Of a stretch of DNA of 64,000 bases, positions 1 through 12,951 are shown one piece after another. Positions within the stretch are counted from its first letter, which is position 1. Each line of letters begins with the position of its first letter. Position numbers and translations under genes: made by a program. The notes under the pieces were generated by a model. It made no database searches, was not told where the DNA came from, and saw only the letters and a program-made list of their open reading frames with translations. Source of the stretch: Chlorokybus atmophyticus (taxonomy: Eukaryota; Plantae; Mesostigma and Chlorokybus algae); contig RHPI01002048.1 of assembly GCA_009103225.1 (NCBI GenBank), positions 819,036 to 883,035 on the forward strand. The letters are read 5' to 3'.

Positions 1-739
1 TGGGCTGACACTCGTGCACATCGTGCATGCAGCAATTGCTCTTTGAAGCCATCGAGTCCAACACTGGGATTCTGGCGGTATCGCTCACAAATACCCACCT
101 CAGCGAGCAATTACTATCAAAGTTCACAGCGGTATAGTATGGCGTGTTTGTGCATCGTGTGATGCCTGTGCACGGAGGGCAGTAACCTGCAGCATCCACA
201 CAGCTAACACCATGTGTACATATCTTCTTTTGCCAGATACTGGAGCTGCGGCGCAAAGCGATACCTGCCCGCGAGCCTACACATTGATGTGTGCAACAGC
301 CAGACACTTTTGGAGCATTAGAGTTATGTATTGACTGAAACCTGGTACATGCTCGGGGGCCGTAGCAGCAGTGCGGTTGTTGGCATATGTGTACGCTACC
401 TAGCTAAGGTACCTAGGTAAGCCAAGTGGCTTACACCAGGGGATGTCCAATACCAGCTCCATGTAGCATGCGTGCGGAGGACGCTAATTGTTGAACCAAT
501 GACGTGCAGCAACTGCTGCAAACTAGAATTGATTACTTGACTTCAACAGACAGCTGGAATCGCATGCCACTTATCATAAGTGGTTGTAGAGGTTAACAGC
601 AACACGACAATGTTATTGCTCTAACAAGCGTGTGCGCAGTCAAAGAGTACATGCAATGCCACAAGAACTAAACTCACTTAGTTCAAACTTACATGACACG
701 AAGAAAACCCAGCTATTTCCTACTGTCCGATGACGATGG

Positions 740-2468
740 CTACGCAGGAAGCTGCAACTTCTTGTTGTTCTTCCAACTGCAGTTCAACAACATCAGCCAG
801 TAGAAAGATGAACAGATAGATAGATAGACAGGCAAGCATGCTGACGTGCATGGCTCTCAAGACTGCACGGTGCGGTCACTCAACGTAGTACAGTGTACCT
901 CAAAATGTAGTAGTAGAAGAAGTCGCAGTAGATGCCAGTCTGCACAATTCCGGATAACCAAACTGCACAACATGATGGAGTAAGGAAGAAGAGGGAACCT
1001 CTAACCAAAGCCCCTAATGAGGTATGTAAGCAGGTATCCTCGTTCTCAACAAACAATCCGGTGGGGTTTGACCCGCACCAGAGTATGAGAGCTTTTGTTG
1101 ACAGAGGTATAATGTGCGCTTGCATGCGACAATCGCTTACCAAACCACTCTGGCCGGTGTTCCGATTCTGTCATGTAGCGGTAAATCCAGTTCAGCAGAT
1201 ACAAAGCGCGATAAGCCCTAACAGAGGTACAAGGTCAACATTGTCATATGTCACAGTTGTAGTGCGTCTGTGAACAGGGGCTTGGCTTGATGATGTGCGT
1301 TGCGAGGCACTCTGCTCAGCAGACTAACGATGCAACTCATGTACGCATCTCAGTACTACTCACCCCAGCATGAATATGTAGTTGCCTGTCAAGTTATCAA
1401 CGTTTCCTGTCCGTTGAAGAAGAACAAGTTGCGGCAGAATAGCAACGGCCTCCAGGTATATGGAAAACGCCCAAAGAATCTGCATTGCAACGCGAATGAG
1501 TATCCAGGAACGACCATGCTCTCTGTTGAATGATGCACATGTGCGTGGTCACGGAGAATTGCGATGGAGATCCGACAACCCCGCATAAAGTGCATAGCTT
1601 GCGATAGAGACCTAGTTCACAAAATGCACGGTATGCAGATTACAAGCTGTGTTGCAGCTTGTGGCATGTCAACTGCTGCAACGACGACATGCCACGCATG
1701 CACACATAGTAGCTTGTGCATTGCTTGCATAAGCACTTCAAGCATGCTTCTCACCTCAATCGCTAGCGTGGAGTGTTTGCCCGGAGTTGCGTGGAACAGC
1801 ACTGCGAGGACAGCAGCCGGCAGCAGCAAAAAGTAGGAGCGGAAGGTGTCCTGATCCTTGTCGTACGTTTGCGAGATAACTTTGTGCCTCCGCATGTAAT
1901 AAACGATCGCAAAGGCTGACCCCAGGAACACCAGCTTCATCACAGTGTTGTAGACGGACACGAAGTGGAATGTCAAATCTAGATACCGCGTCACGAAAAC
2001 AATAGCGTACAGCTCTTGCGTGCGCAATGAGACGCCTGGTCGCAACAAAAGAGCAGCTGAGATTCAATGAGAGGTTGTCCGTATTCTACTTGTATGATGG
2101 GGCCCGGTTGTACGTATTCTACTTGAGAGCCTCGGATCGTAAAGGCCATAGAGCGAGTTCAATTGTCCTACCCTCACCAATGACATGTGAACTTGAAACT
2201 ATACTGCCACGAGATTTCACACATGCTACTGGTGCACCAATCAAAATAAGCACAGAGCCTAGCAGGCAGCATTGTGCTCTGCATATTCTCAGGCATTGCA
2301 CGAGGGAACATGCACTTCGAAAGCATTGGCTATTTGGCGATTGAAGATGTGTCCAATCCAAAAGGCAGGCCACCTACCGGCACAGGACTTCGTGGCGTGT
2401 ATTTTCAGCAGCAGTATGAGAATGCTGGCCAGATGAGTCATGTCGCCGGCAAGCCTGAAGATGTTCAT
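740..2468 (-). CDS. ERD2: ER lumen protein-retaining receptor (KDEL/HDEL receptor), 6 exons, 221 aa
   Basis: Exons 2378-2468, 1755-2035, 1364-1479, 1141-1217, 899-962 and 740-776 join in frame (666 nt) with GT-AG ends. Translation: [44 protein letters not shown]...[18 protein letters not shown]...[14 protein letters not shown]...[12 protein letters not shown]. Confidence 0.95.
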
Positions 2469-2734
2469 TTTGGCTGCGACGCTGGTGCTCAGCCTCTGCT
2501 AGCAAGGCAACTAACTGACGCAGGGACTTTTGTTCGTCCTATGGTTATGGTTCTCCACTAATCTCACTAAGAGAGAGGCCCAAGCTGCGCTCAGACTGAC
2601 TGCTACTGCGACAAGCGACGGTCACATTGCAACCATTTCCAACTTCCCCTGTTGCTGCGCCTCCTCCTTCTCGTCCTCCGCCACCACCGCCGCCGATCTC
2701 CAGCCAGCAACGACCAGTGCAATATTCCTCCAGA

Positions 2735-2750
2735 TTAGGGTTAGGGTTTT
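2735..2750 (+). promoter_or_regulatory. Telo-box-like motif (TTAGGGTTAGGGTTTT) in the 319-bp divergent ERD2/aminotransferase intergenic region
   Basis: Contains TAGGGTTT, the reverse complement of the plant telo-box AAACCCTA, between two divergent ATGs. Confidence 0.5.
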
Positions 2751-2787
2751 GTGCTCTGGGTTTTGGCGTTGCAACTCGTTGTGTGCC

Positions 2788-5329
2788 ATGCAGGCTACCA
2801 GGGTGGCGGCGGTGCTTATGCCGGCGTTGACGTCCTGCCTCTCGTTGCGGGTCGCTGCAGTTGCTCCTCACTGGAATGTAAGCTGCCGACGCCAGTACCA
2901 AACATCATTCAGGTACGCCGCTTCTGACCTGCTCGGGTGTAGCCATCTTGTTTTGGAAAACTTTGAAGCTGGATGCTGCCATCGGTGCTGCTAAGGAAAA
3001 CGCAATGCACACTGCTGCTTGCCGCATACAACGCTGCGAGCTTGGCGCAAAGCGTGCAATTTGAGTTTTAGTACTGGGGGCAACTTTGCTCCTGTGTCTG
3101 CACGGGCCACCCCTGCTGTATGGATCACACTCAAACCGCAATGCATACTCGCATGTTGCAGGTTCGCCTCTCAGCCCCATCGTCCGGGCAGGCAAGGCGT
3201 GGCGGCACAGATGGCTGCTGCTGTGGACCCGAAGACGGCAGTGGTTCTGGTCAAGGACCGCCAGCCCGTCCCGTGCGACCAGGGTGCCGGAGACTTCCTT
3301 CGCACTGCTCCAAGGGGTGAGCAAGTTGTGCATTATCACATGTGGTTGTTCAAACTACCGTCACTGGTATGTGTGCCGGCGTGGCCTCAAGACATTGACA
3401 TTGTCATCTTGTTCCTGATTGCAACTTTATCAACGGCATATTAGGCTGCAACTAGCTCTAGTTGCCTCGTTTCAACCAAGCAGTATTGGACTCCTACTTT
3501 TTGCGTCCACAGTGGATGATCAACACACATCTGCAAGCGGTTGTGTCTTTAACACCCAATGCATGAGTTGCCAGTAGTATTTGTAAATCCAACTAATAGT
3601 CACCCAGTACGGCTTAGTACAGTCGCACTGGCTTCTGCAACTCTTGTATATATATTTGGCTGTGACCGTTTAACTCAACACTGAAATAGTCGTGCATTGA
3701 GTTAACGTACTATATGAACTGTGCAAAGAAGGCATTGATGTCACTGCGTGTCTTACCTCAGGGGCATATACGACAGTGCGCACCGTTGAAGGCAATGCTG
3801 TTTTCGAGTTTGACTTTCATGTCAATCGCTTGGGTGAGCACTGATGTGTGTCTCTGCTGGCATCATTGCATTGTAATTTGTATATGGCATAGCACCTTTA
3901 CCTCATAGCCCTTGCAAACGGCAGCTGCCTGTGCTCATAGGCCTTACACGTTGCTGACTACTGCATGTGTAACCAGCTGAGTCTGCACGACTAATGATGG
4001 AAGCAGACGCCAAAGCAGCCAACCAGGACCCAGACCATATCGTTTCGTTGCATCATGACCTTGTGCAGGTCCGCAAGATGCCCAACACCATGCTTGCATC
4101 AGTTCATCTTGAAACTACATAATTGCTGGTGAGCGTGGTGTGTGCCACACCGTCAACTCACTGTTTTGCTTCATCTGCAAAGCTTTCTGCAGGCAGAGAA
4201 AGTGCGACCACGTGTTATCAAAAGTTTCCAGGCAGCCGCTCAAGAATTCCGTAGCAAGTACCCATCTCTTAAAGATGAAGAGCTCAGAATAACCATCCTG
4301 GCGACCTGGCAAGGTGAGGTGCGACTACCTTGCATGAGCCCATGTGGTGTGAATGGGTATTGCTTTGTGCTTTTCTTGAATCAGCTGTGTGTCAGATGGA
4401 AAGCCTGCAGACACATGTAGGTGTGCTGCCAGCAAGACCTTCTCCCCCAGTACGTGTAGAAGTGCGGGGTGCTCCCAGGGTCAATGCTGCTGCCAAAGAC
4501 TCAGAGTGGGTGAGGTACGTCCCATAAGCCTTGGGCAGAGTCGAGCAGTCGCAGACAGATGATGCTGAGAATGTGGTCTTGCAACAGAGAACGGCAAGAT
4601 TTGGAGAAGGCCAAGGCACTTGGCGTGAATGAAGTTTGCCTTGTTGGGGATGATGGTTCTGTGATGGAGGGACTTACAAGCAACTTCTATGTTGTAAGTC
4701 AGCAGTCAACAAAGCCTAGTTGACGCCACCAACAACACTGCTCTCCTAGTCAAGCCTTGCTGGAAGTGCGCATAAAAGAGCTTCACTTGATCACCTGTTG
4801 ATTTGCTGAGTCGACGGCAGGTCATGAATGGTGCAGTGCATACTGCAGGCGAAGGAATCCTCCTGGGGTCTGTGCGCAAGATAGTGTTGGAAGTGTGCAA
4901 AAGAGAAGGTACGCATAGTCTGTGCGTGCTTGATAACCTCGGTGTTGATTGACTGTGGATTTCAGTGAATCGTAAGCATCACTTGGTGGAAGCAGGTATC
5001 CCGCTTGTGTTGAAGGCTCCCAACATTGGAGACCTGCATGCCTGGGAAGGTGCGCTGATTTCCAGCACTTCAAGAGTACTGCTACCTGTGGATGAGATCA
5101 CAGCGCATTGGAGAGCGGTAAGCATGCACGGGTATTGGCTTTTGGTTTTCAAGGGCATTGCCATGCACAACTGATGCTGATGTGCTGCACATTGTTTTGC
5201 TCCTGTTGAACATTCAATTCATGGTCACCACAGACAACGATGTCGCGTTCTTTTGGCTCGTCGCTCAGCCGATTGCTTGAAGGGCTCGTGTTGGAGGAAG
5301 TTGTGGCGAATAGTGTGCAGGTGTTGTAG
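2788..5329 (+). CDS. Class IV (D-amino-acid aminotransferase-like) PLP-dependent enzyme, multi-exon, with a probable N-terminal targeting peptide
   Basis: Spliced segments read FLRTAPRG|AYTTVRTVEGNAVFEFDFHVNRL, ELRITIL, PRVNAAAKDSEWV, EVCLVGDDGSVMEGLTSNFYV, GILLGSVRKIVLEVC and EGALISSTSRVLLPVDEI, ending ...VVANSVQVL* at 5329. EGxxSNF and LxGxxR are fold-type IV motifs. The N-terminal exons are less certain. Confidence 0.82.
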
Positions 5330-5738
5330 CTACAGGGACACTGTGAAACAGGACATGTTTCTCTGACAGTTATTATTGGCCTGTCATTGAGGTTGCTGGC
5401 ACTGTCAAGATGCCGGTACCGTGCGCATAATCTGTCATATTAGACACTGTTGTTGTACCGTACAAGAAGAGAGGCCTGTGTACAACTTGTACGCAGAGCT
5501 CTTCTCATCCCCCTTCTCTACATATACATATGACTCTTGCCTATATACCTACTGTACTTGTACTGTGCACACACATCTACAGAGCTCGGTTTCAGCACTG
5601 CTGCCATACAGCCAAATATATTGATCGCAGCCCCCATGTGGGCAGGTGATTACATCGTATTGCATATATGCTTGCTGATGACTAACGGGGTGGTGGTGTA
5701 GATAGTGCCTCAGATGTAGTAGTATAGCCGGTGGCCAA

Positions 5739-6200
5739 GTGAAAACAAAAGTGAGTTGCCTGTTGGTGGACTTGGTGGCCCCCGGTCGAGATACGCGCAT
5801 GCTCTTGGATGTCACAATCACCGCATGCGGCGAGCAACCGGGAGGCGCAGCGCAGGCGGCTGAGCAGGCGAAGCGGCGTAAATACCACGATCACCCCGTC
5901 GCCGACACATTTCATCCCCTCGCCGCCGAGACGCACGGCACCCTGGGCCAGAGTTTTCACGACGTCATCGACACATGCGCTAGGAGGGCACTGGCTGCAC
6001 GTGACCTGCCATTGCGCAGGTGATCGGGCTACTTGGCTCTGTACCGGCAGCGCGTGTCTTGCGCGCTGCAGCGCGCCCAGGGCATCACCATCCTGGAGCG
6101 GGGGGCGGCAGTCGTTGCGGCAGTACCAGGCTGGGGCCCGGTCCAGACGGCGGCGCCAACGGCGGAAGCGGACGCTGTGCTGGCAGCTGCGGCAGTGTAG
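5739..6200 (+). mobile_element. 5'-truncated non-LTR retrotransposon remnant encoding a restriction-like endonuclease (CRE/NeSL/R2-type C-terminus), with one in-frame stop
   Basis: Reads LVDLV...MLLDVTITA...AAQAAEQAKRRKY...FHPLAAETHGTLG, then TGA at 6021-6023, then in the same frame SGYLALYRQRVSCALQRAQGITI. This matches the DxT...E..K..KY...PLA.ET.G...QR.S.ALQR pattern of RLE domains. Confidence 0.65.
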
Positions 6201-7829
6201 TTGTGTAGGCGTGCTTGCATGCCGCTGGCATGCGTGTGAGTATGCTTGTGCAGTGATAGGCAGGGTTGACAGTACGTAGCTTGGTGTGACGATGTCGCTG
6301 TTAGTGTATGAGAGAGGGTATGTTGCGTGCTGCTGCTATGCTTGCATGTCATGCATGACATAATGCATGAACAACGACACTCCACATTGTGTTTGCACAT
6401 GTCGTCTTGCATGTGGCACGCGCATCACGCACATAGACCTGCACAGAGCAGTGTACTATCTCTCCTACACATTGCCAAGCACGGTCTCGCGTGGACTGTT
6501 ATTGCACGCCATCAAAGCACAAGGCAGTCCATTGCACCGCGCACTGTCCTCGAGGATATGGGCTATACTATGACAACATCCCCTTCTGCACAATTAGGAG
6601 GTCATATGTATAAGAGTAGTAGTAGTTGTAAATTGAGGTAGAAGTAATGCTGCACTCCGCCCGCTCCTGAAGTCCACATGTCACATTCATGATGAATCTG
6701 CTTTATTTTGTGCACACCTCTATTACATAGCTTGAGCTGTCAGCTACCATGCCTATCACGCACGCCGTCAGTCAACCACACATACACGCATAGATAGTGC
6801 TAATGAGCAGAATCGACTCTTGTATAGCGCAACCGCCATCGTCATGTCTGCCCATTGGTTAATCTGAGGTTGTCAAATGCTTGCAATGTGCTCGACTTGT
6901 CGGCAAAGTTAGTTGCTGACCGACTTGTATTGACTGCCTCTTTCTGCATTTGCTCATCATACACGGGCATTTTCAATGCACGTGAGCTACAAGGCCCAAA
7001 GAGTAATTTATATGTGTGACTTGCTTGCCATGTTGCTGTCACATACGTGAAGTCTACTTAAGTGCTCATTGTCATTGCGATATTTGTCATACATTGTTTT
7101 ATTATGCAAGAGTTAATATGTAGCTTATCAATGATAAGCACGTGCTGTACGCACATGTCCAATGCCGCCGCATACTTGGCGTTTTTCGTGTTTATCTATA
7201 AGACATAACAAGTGCTTGCATGTTACGGCACGGGCCCGTTACCAGCACAAAGCAAACCTAGGCACCGATGATGAATCATGTACGGGCGTAATCACATAAG
7301 ATGTGTATATGTTGTCCCGGCGCATGCTGTGCATTGAATACATACCTTGACGCTGTGAAGCGGAGGACAACATAGTGCGAGCGGACGTAAAAGATGATGG
7401 ACCTGTACCCAATAAGTGTGGAGGACTTTAAGTATTAGATGAGATTGTGAAATAAGATGCAAAAAAACAAGATGTTTGAACATTTTATTTGTATATCATT
7501 CACCTTGTTAAAAAAAAAAAACAAAGTGTCTCTCCGCATTGTGCGACAAAATTGTGCCACTGTGCAGCAGCACGTTCAATATGTGCAAGAATTTCAGCTG
7601 CAATTATGCCTCAACTATAACTACATCTTACATTAAGTGCGACTAAGCACGTTGCGACGATAACAACCATGTACCAGGTGTTCATCATATAAACGTCAAG
7701 TGCAATAGAAATGTAAAATTTATATTAAAGCAATAACAGGCCGTACATCATGATACCGGTGATACTCATGTCTCAAGGTACTCGTGTTTCACTCTCAACT
7801 AGCGGTGCGGCTGATTGGGCGGGATTGGG

Positions 7830-9010
7830 CCGGCCGGCCGGCGGGGAGGCCGGCATTAGGGCACAAAGACACATCACGCGCACTGAGGGCCATCACACAC
7901 GGCACCCGAAACTACATGCCTGCCGCGCATACCGAGCAGCCCGCCTGCCTCTCATTGGCTATGCGACGTTTATCAGCTATCGGCCATTCGATTTGTGTTA
8001 AACAAATCTCAATATTCCAAAGCACATCCCCATATCGTGCATTGCACAAAGTATATGCGAATGAATAAAAGAATCCATACATTTTGAGCACAATATGCAC
8101 GGTCACATATGCGTCATATGTGCGTTATACAGTCCACCCCCGCTAAAAGACTTGACTCCAAGAGAATAACCCCTTGTAGCATACGTTTTGAGATCACCGA
8201 CGATGCTACGGCAAATGTTGGTGCTTTAAAGAATATGACTAACCGCGAAGAGCATATTATTTTTCATAACATTTTTGCAAACGTAAGTGTGCAACGTAAG
8301 TGTTAACATTGAGGGAGTAGCGCGTGACGGGTTTGTCATCAGGCGTAATGAGTGTAATGGACAAGGCGTGATGGGTACAGTGCAACGCGTAATCAGCATA
8401 ATGAGCATGATGGCATAATAGACGTGACGTAATGCGCGTGATGTAATGGGTGTGATGGGCGTATTAAACTGCTTTATAGCATAGAGATGCTCTTAATGTT
8501 TAAGACCATATTATGCTCTTTATCGCCAAGAATATAACCCCGCCAGGAGCAAACTATCTTTAAAAATTAATAGTATGCTATTAAAGGGGGTAGACTGTAC
8601 AATAAATGTTTCAATGTAATTAGGTACAACTATGTACCTTAACTGTACAGTCTACCTCCACCATAAAATTCACGTGTATCTTTCAGCTTTCATTCCATCA
8701 ACGGGGTTATTCTCTTGGCGATTACAATAATATATACCCTTTTATTCTTTACCGGCCGGCCTGTCGGCATTCAACCTTCATCACACATCCCGCGGCAGGG
8801 CCATCACACGGCACCCGCGACTGCCGGGCTGCGCGGCAGTATGTGCGGCCCGCCTGCTTCTCATTGGCTAGGCGGCGAGAACAAGCGTTACACCGTTAGA
8901 TCTGCCTAACACGATCCTGGCCGTCCAAAGCACATCCAATCATGTAAGCGCATGCCAATAAATGTAACAATATGCACAGTTCTGCATACGTGGCCGCTTA
9001 TGGCTGCATA
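7830..9010. repeat. Two diverged ~280-bp direct repeats about 0.9 kb apart
   Basis: Colinear shared blocks in ~7830-8110 and ~8750-9010: GGGCCATCACAC(AC)GGCACCCG, GCCCGCCTGCYTCTCATTGGCTA, TCCAAAGCACATCC and ACAATATGCAC. Confidence 0.6.
8586..8659. repeat. 74-bp foldback: 16-bp inverted arms with a nested inner hairpin
   Basis: GGGGGTAGACTGTACA (8586-8601) versus TGTACAGTCTACCTCC (8644-8659), 1 mismatch. Inner AGGTACA...TGTACCT. Confidence 0.6.
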
Positions 9011-11603
9011 TTGATCATTTTAATGTGTTACATTAAAAAATTTGATAAATATGCTGCAATATGGCGCAATATGGTGCAATATGGCTAGTAACCTGCAGTT
9101 AAGTGTTACAAAACTTAATCCAGTGTAACGTTCACGCCACGGTACGTGCTGCAAAATTTCAGTTAATACTACCAAGGTTACAACCATGAAAATAATGCTA
9201 ACCTAAATTACCTTAACGTTAAGATTCAACTAAACGAGAAATTGCATCGTTAGGCCACCATCTGGTCACGCATGGGATTGATCAAATGGGATCGCAACGG
9301 TGACAACAGCCAGTTGCTCAAAAAGGCAGCGAAATGGCCAATCATTGCAAAAATGCGTAAAAGATGCTAAAAAATATCTCAGCGGCAACCGCTTACCAAC
9401 GGCGACTCAAAATTGCTAGGGATTTAGTGCAATTGCGGTACAGTTAGTGGTTATAACGGCCGCGTTTTTGGCGGTACGAGGTCGGGGCAGGCCTCATACC
9501 CCAAAGACATGCCGCCACTACTCATCCTCGTTCTAACTAATCCACTCTACCCTTTAACGCTAATTGATTACACACTATAGTTACTGCGTCATCAAACATG
9601 GTCAACAGCCGAACAAGCGTCATGTCACAATGCATGTAGCATTGCATAACGTCTCGCATTATCGCAGTACCGTATTATGTGATCTGTCATGTCACCCTTG
9701 ATGTAAGAGCACCAGACAGAACCTGTTATAAGAGACAACCAGGCCATAAAACTCCGCTGATACTTTAGGAGTCAGAGAATGCAAGGATAGCAGGCGTGAC
9801 CATTCAGCGCGGTCGTCATCATTCAACGAGAATTCCGCCTCGGACCGCCCCATGTGCTGTTGCATTTGTTGCAAAGAGATCACGAGGCTATCATTGGTGT
9901 CAGCTACCTGCTTGCACACCCGTAATAACGGCCTTTTATCATAACGGCTGCTGCTGATGATAAAACGCCGCAACAACGCGTGACTTATGAAAAACACTTC
10001 ACTAACCGAGTACCCGGTACTCAGTACCTCATGACACATTATTGCGTCAGACGCAAAATATGTTTTGCGCCAGTCCGGTGCATAAGGGACAGCCCGCGAC
10101 ACGATAAAAGATAACCTGCTTCACTGCAGTGCCTACCAGTGCTACCGACAGCCTGCTGAAGGCCGACCCGACCGGCCGATGGCTGGCTCTCGGTTGACCC
10201 CCTCAAGGCAGCAGGCCCGCAGCTTGCCGGCCGCAAGATTAGACCGTCGGCCACTAATGTTTTTCGCGCCATCGGGGTTCCCAGGCTCCGGAAAGCGACA
10301 AAGTGCTGGGAAGAGAAGATCTCGCCGCGGAAAGGCACGGAGTGACCCGCGGCGATGGCGCGCAAAATGGTATCTTTGCGACGCAGTTACAGAAGTTCAA
10401 AAGTGCGCAGGTCGTAGGAGTCAGCACAGGGAAGTCGGGTTGTCAGGGCACGTGTTGTGGTCAGGCGGCGAGTCGTGTCTTTTGCCGGGGCAACACGTGG
10501 CGGTCCTGCCCCTTTTTCTGTCGGCAATGAAATCGACGGTGCAGCACACAAGTTGCAAAGGGTTTTCCCCTATCCGCCACGGAGTTTGATTCGTGGCTAC
10601 AACCAACCGTACGCCGCCCCACCCTACTTTTCGGGCGGCCGAGTTGGATATTACAGCCCCCGTGGCAGGTTAGGCGTTTCTTTTGGTAACGGCGGCTGTG
10701 TGCAGGGTACCCAGTTGTAACCGTGGTCGGTTGGACACGCATGTTCTGGCTTCCATCGCACTGGAAAGTGCGGCTACACAGTGTATGCGCTACACACACA
10801 CTGTAGCGACTCCGCTGTAGCCGCTGTACCCACCATGCTACCGTCATTGCAATACGGGCCTTGCTCTACAACTTCGCTTGAGATACCTTCGGCCAGCAGC
10901 CGCGTGACGTATCGTAGCGCCTTTTCCGGGCTCGGAGCGTATATACATCACTGTCAGGCTAGGCCAAACTAGCTGCCCGCTTACGACAGGGTGTCCGCAC
11001 CGGCATTTGAAATCATTCCTCATCATTTATCAAGAGGGAGTTGGGAAGTTTGCTACCGTACCGATCTAGCCTGATCGGTTTTGAGTCGAGCCGCTCAGCA
11101 GAATGGAAGGCCAGAGGCCAGAGGTTGCCGGTTGCTTGCCGGTCTCTGCGCCGTCCTGTAGGCAACGCACACTGCTATCAGCAACACAACAGCAGGGCCC
11201 GTGCAGCGGGCCTGTGGCCAAACATTAGACCGATGGGCCTACCAAGCAGAGGATCTGGATCGGTGCGAGGTGCCAGTCGCGACGAGTCACTAGGCTTATC
11301 CCTGAACTCGGTTTGATTAGTCACAAGGTCTGGTCGAGTTAACCGTGAAAAGGGGCATTGCAGTTCAAATCGGCCGGCGCTTGCTGTTAGAGTTGTTGGT
11401 GGGAAGCTTAGCGGCGGCGGCAGTGGCATTGGCAGCGGCGGCGGCGGCGGCGGCGGCGGCTCTTTCTGGTCGACAGGGTGGTTGGTTTCAGGATCTTTAG
11501 GTACGCTTGACGTGAATTGACTTGCACGAAGACTCTTCAGTAGCCAAGCTGCTAGCATTGATGTCGTGAGGCGGCGGCGGCGGTGGCAGCGACAGCGGCG
11601 GCC

Positions 11604-12951
11604 ATGTACAGCGTTGGCAGCATAGCCGAGGTGGATCTGCTTCACGACTTCGCATCGACCTTGCCCACGCTTGAAGGTAAGCCAGCACCTCTGAGCAGGC
11701 CCCGATCTACCGCTGCTGCTGCCGGCTGTTGCTGCTTGCGCGCATGCATGCATTCTGTATGCTCACCTTGCTCAGCTTGCTCAGCCAACCTCTGCTTGCA
11801 CAGGTATTGCGGACGACAATGCTTGGAGCGACTGCTGGATGAACCTGGACAGTCCCCGCTTGGCTGAGGCTGTGCAGCCGAGCAGCCCTCCTCCTGGCGG
11901 GGCGGTGCTGCTGTCAGGTGCTGCCAGCGTCTTTGCCAGCTGCGCTCAGCAGAAAAAGAGGGTGCTGGTGCAGGGCGGCGGCCGGGTTCAGCCCGACAAT
12001 GCCTCCACCTATGCCATGCTGCGCACCTGCGAGACTGTCTGCTCCGCCGATCCCATGGACTCCTTTGCCTCGTGCTTCCTGCTCGATCCAGCCTTGCCTG
12101 GTAAGCGTGAGCATCATCAGCATCCATCGACTGTGCCTTAGCTCATGGATCATGTTCTGCTGGGCTGATCTGAGCAATTCGAGCTACCTGATCCACATGT
12201 GTGGTCGAATTGAGCCTGATCTCTTGCTTTTGAGCAACCAATGAGCATGACGCTGATCTGGTCGTGGTTGGTGTTTGCAGATTGCTTCGAGCAAGCGGCC
12301 ACGCTCAGTGCGAGCGTGATGACAGAGGAGGTGTCCGTGTCGGTGTCTGTGCCATGCACGCCGGTGAAGCGATCGCGGTCGGAAATGCAGGCCACGGATC
12401 AATCAACCACATCCACACCAGCCGCAAGGGCGGTCCGTACGCCGCAGCGCACACCGCGAGCAACCTCAGCAGCACAGCGAGCAAAGACGGCGTCCCCAAA
12501 GCCTCCAACCACTCCCAAATCCGCGCCACGAGGCGGCGCACGTGCGAGGTCCGGAAGCCTACGCCCTACAACCTCCAACATTGCTGAGCACATGGACGCC
12601 GCTCCCGCCATCACCCTGCAGCCGGAGGCGGGGACTATGCCGACGTGCTCATTGCTGGTGCGGTCGCACAGCGTGCCGTGCAAGCTCACGGAGTCGCCGT
12701 TCAGCAAGCCGATCCCCATCTTTGGTGGCCTGTTCAAGAAGGAGCCGTGCTTCGACGAGGGCGGCGACGACTGCTGTTCGCAGAGCAACGCCCTCGACGA
12801 GCTCAACGAGGGGCTGCAGAAGGTGGCCTCGCCCGGCCTCCTGCCCAAGATGCTGGTCACCACGCTGTCCGCGCCCTTGCCGGTGTTGCTGACCACAGCG
12901 CCAAAGGCTCGCCCGCCCGCCTCGCCGCTCCTCCTCCGTCGCGTACAGTAG
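11604..12951 (+). CDS. Hypothetical Ser/Pro/Ala-rich protein, 3 exons, 346 aa
   Basis: Exons 11604-11676, 11804-12100 and 12281-12951 join in frame (1041 nt), with GTAAGC donors and CAG acceptors. The sequence is GC-rich and coding-like, and I recognise no domain. Confidence 0.7.

Noticed and set aside
5600-5700. Minus-strand TCPHGG motif that might be an inverted LINE zinc knuckle (twin priming)
   Set aside because: The rest of the CCHC/RH pattern is absent, so it cannot be distinguished from chance.
7510-7521. A12 tract as a possible retroposon tail
   Set aside because: No upstream element, ORF or TSD was recognised.
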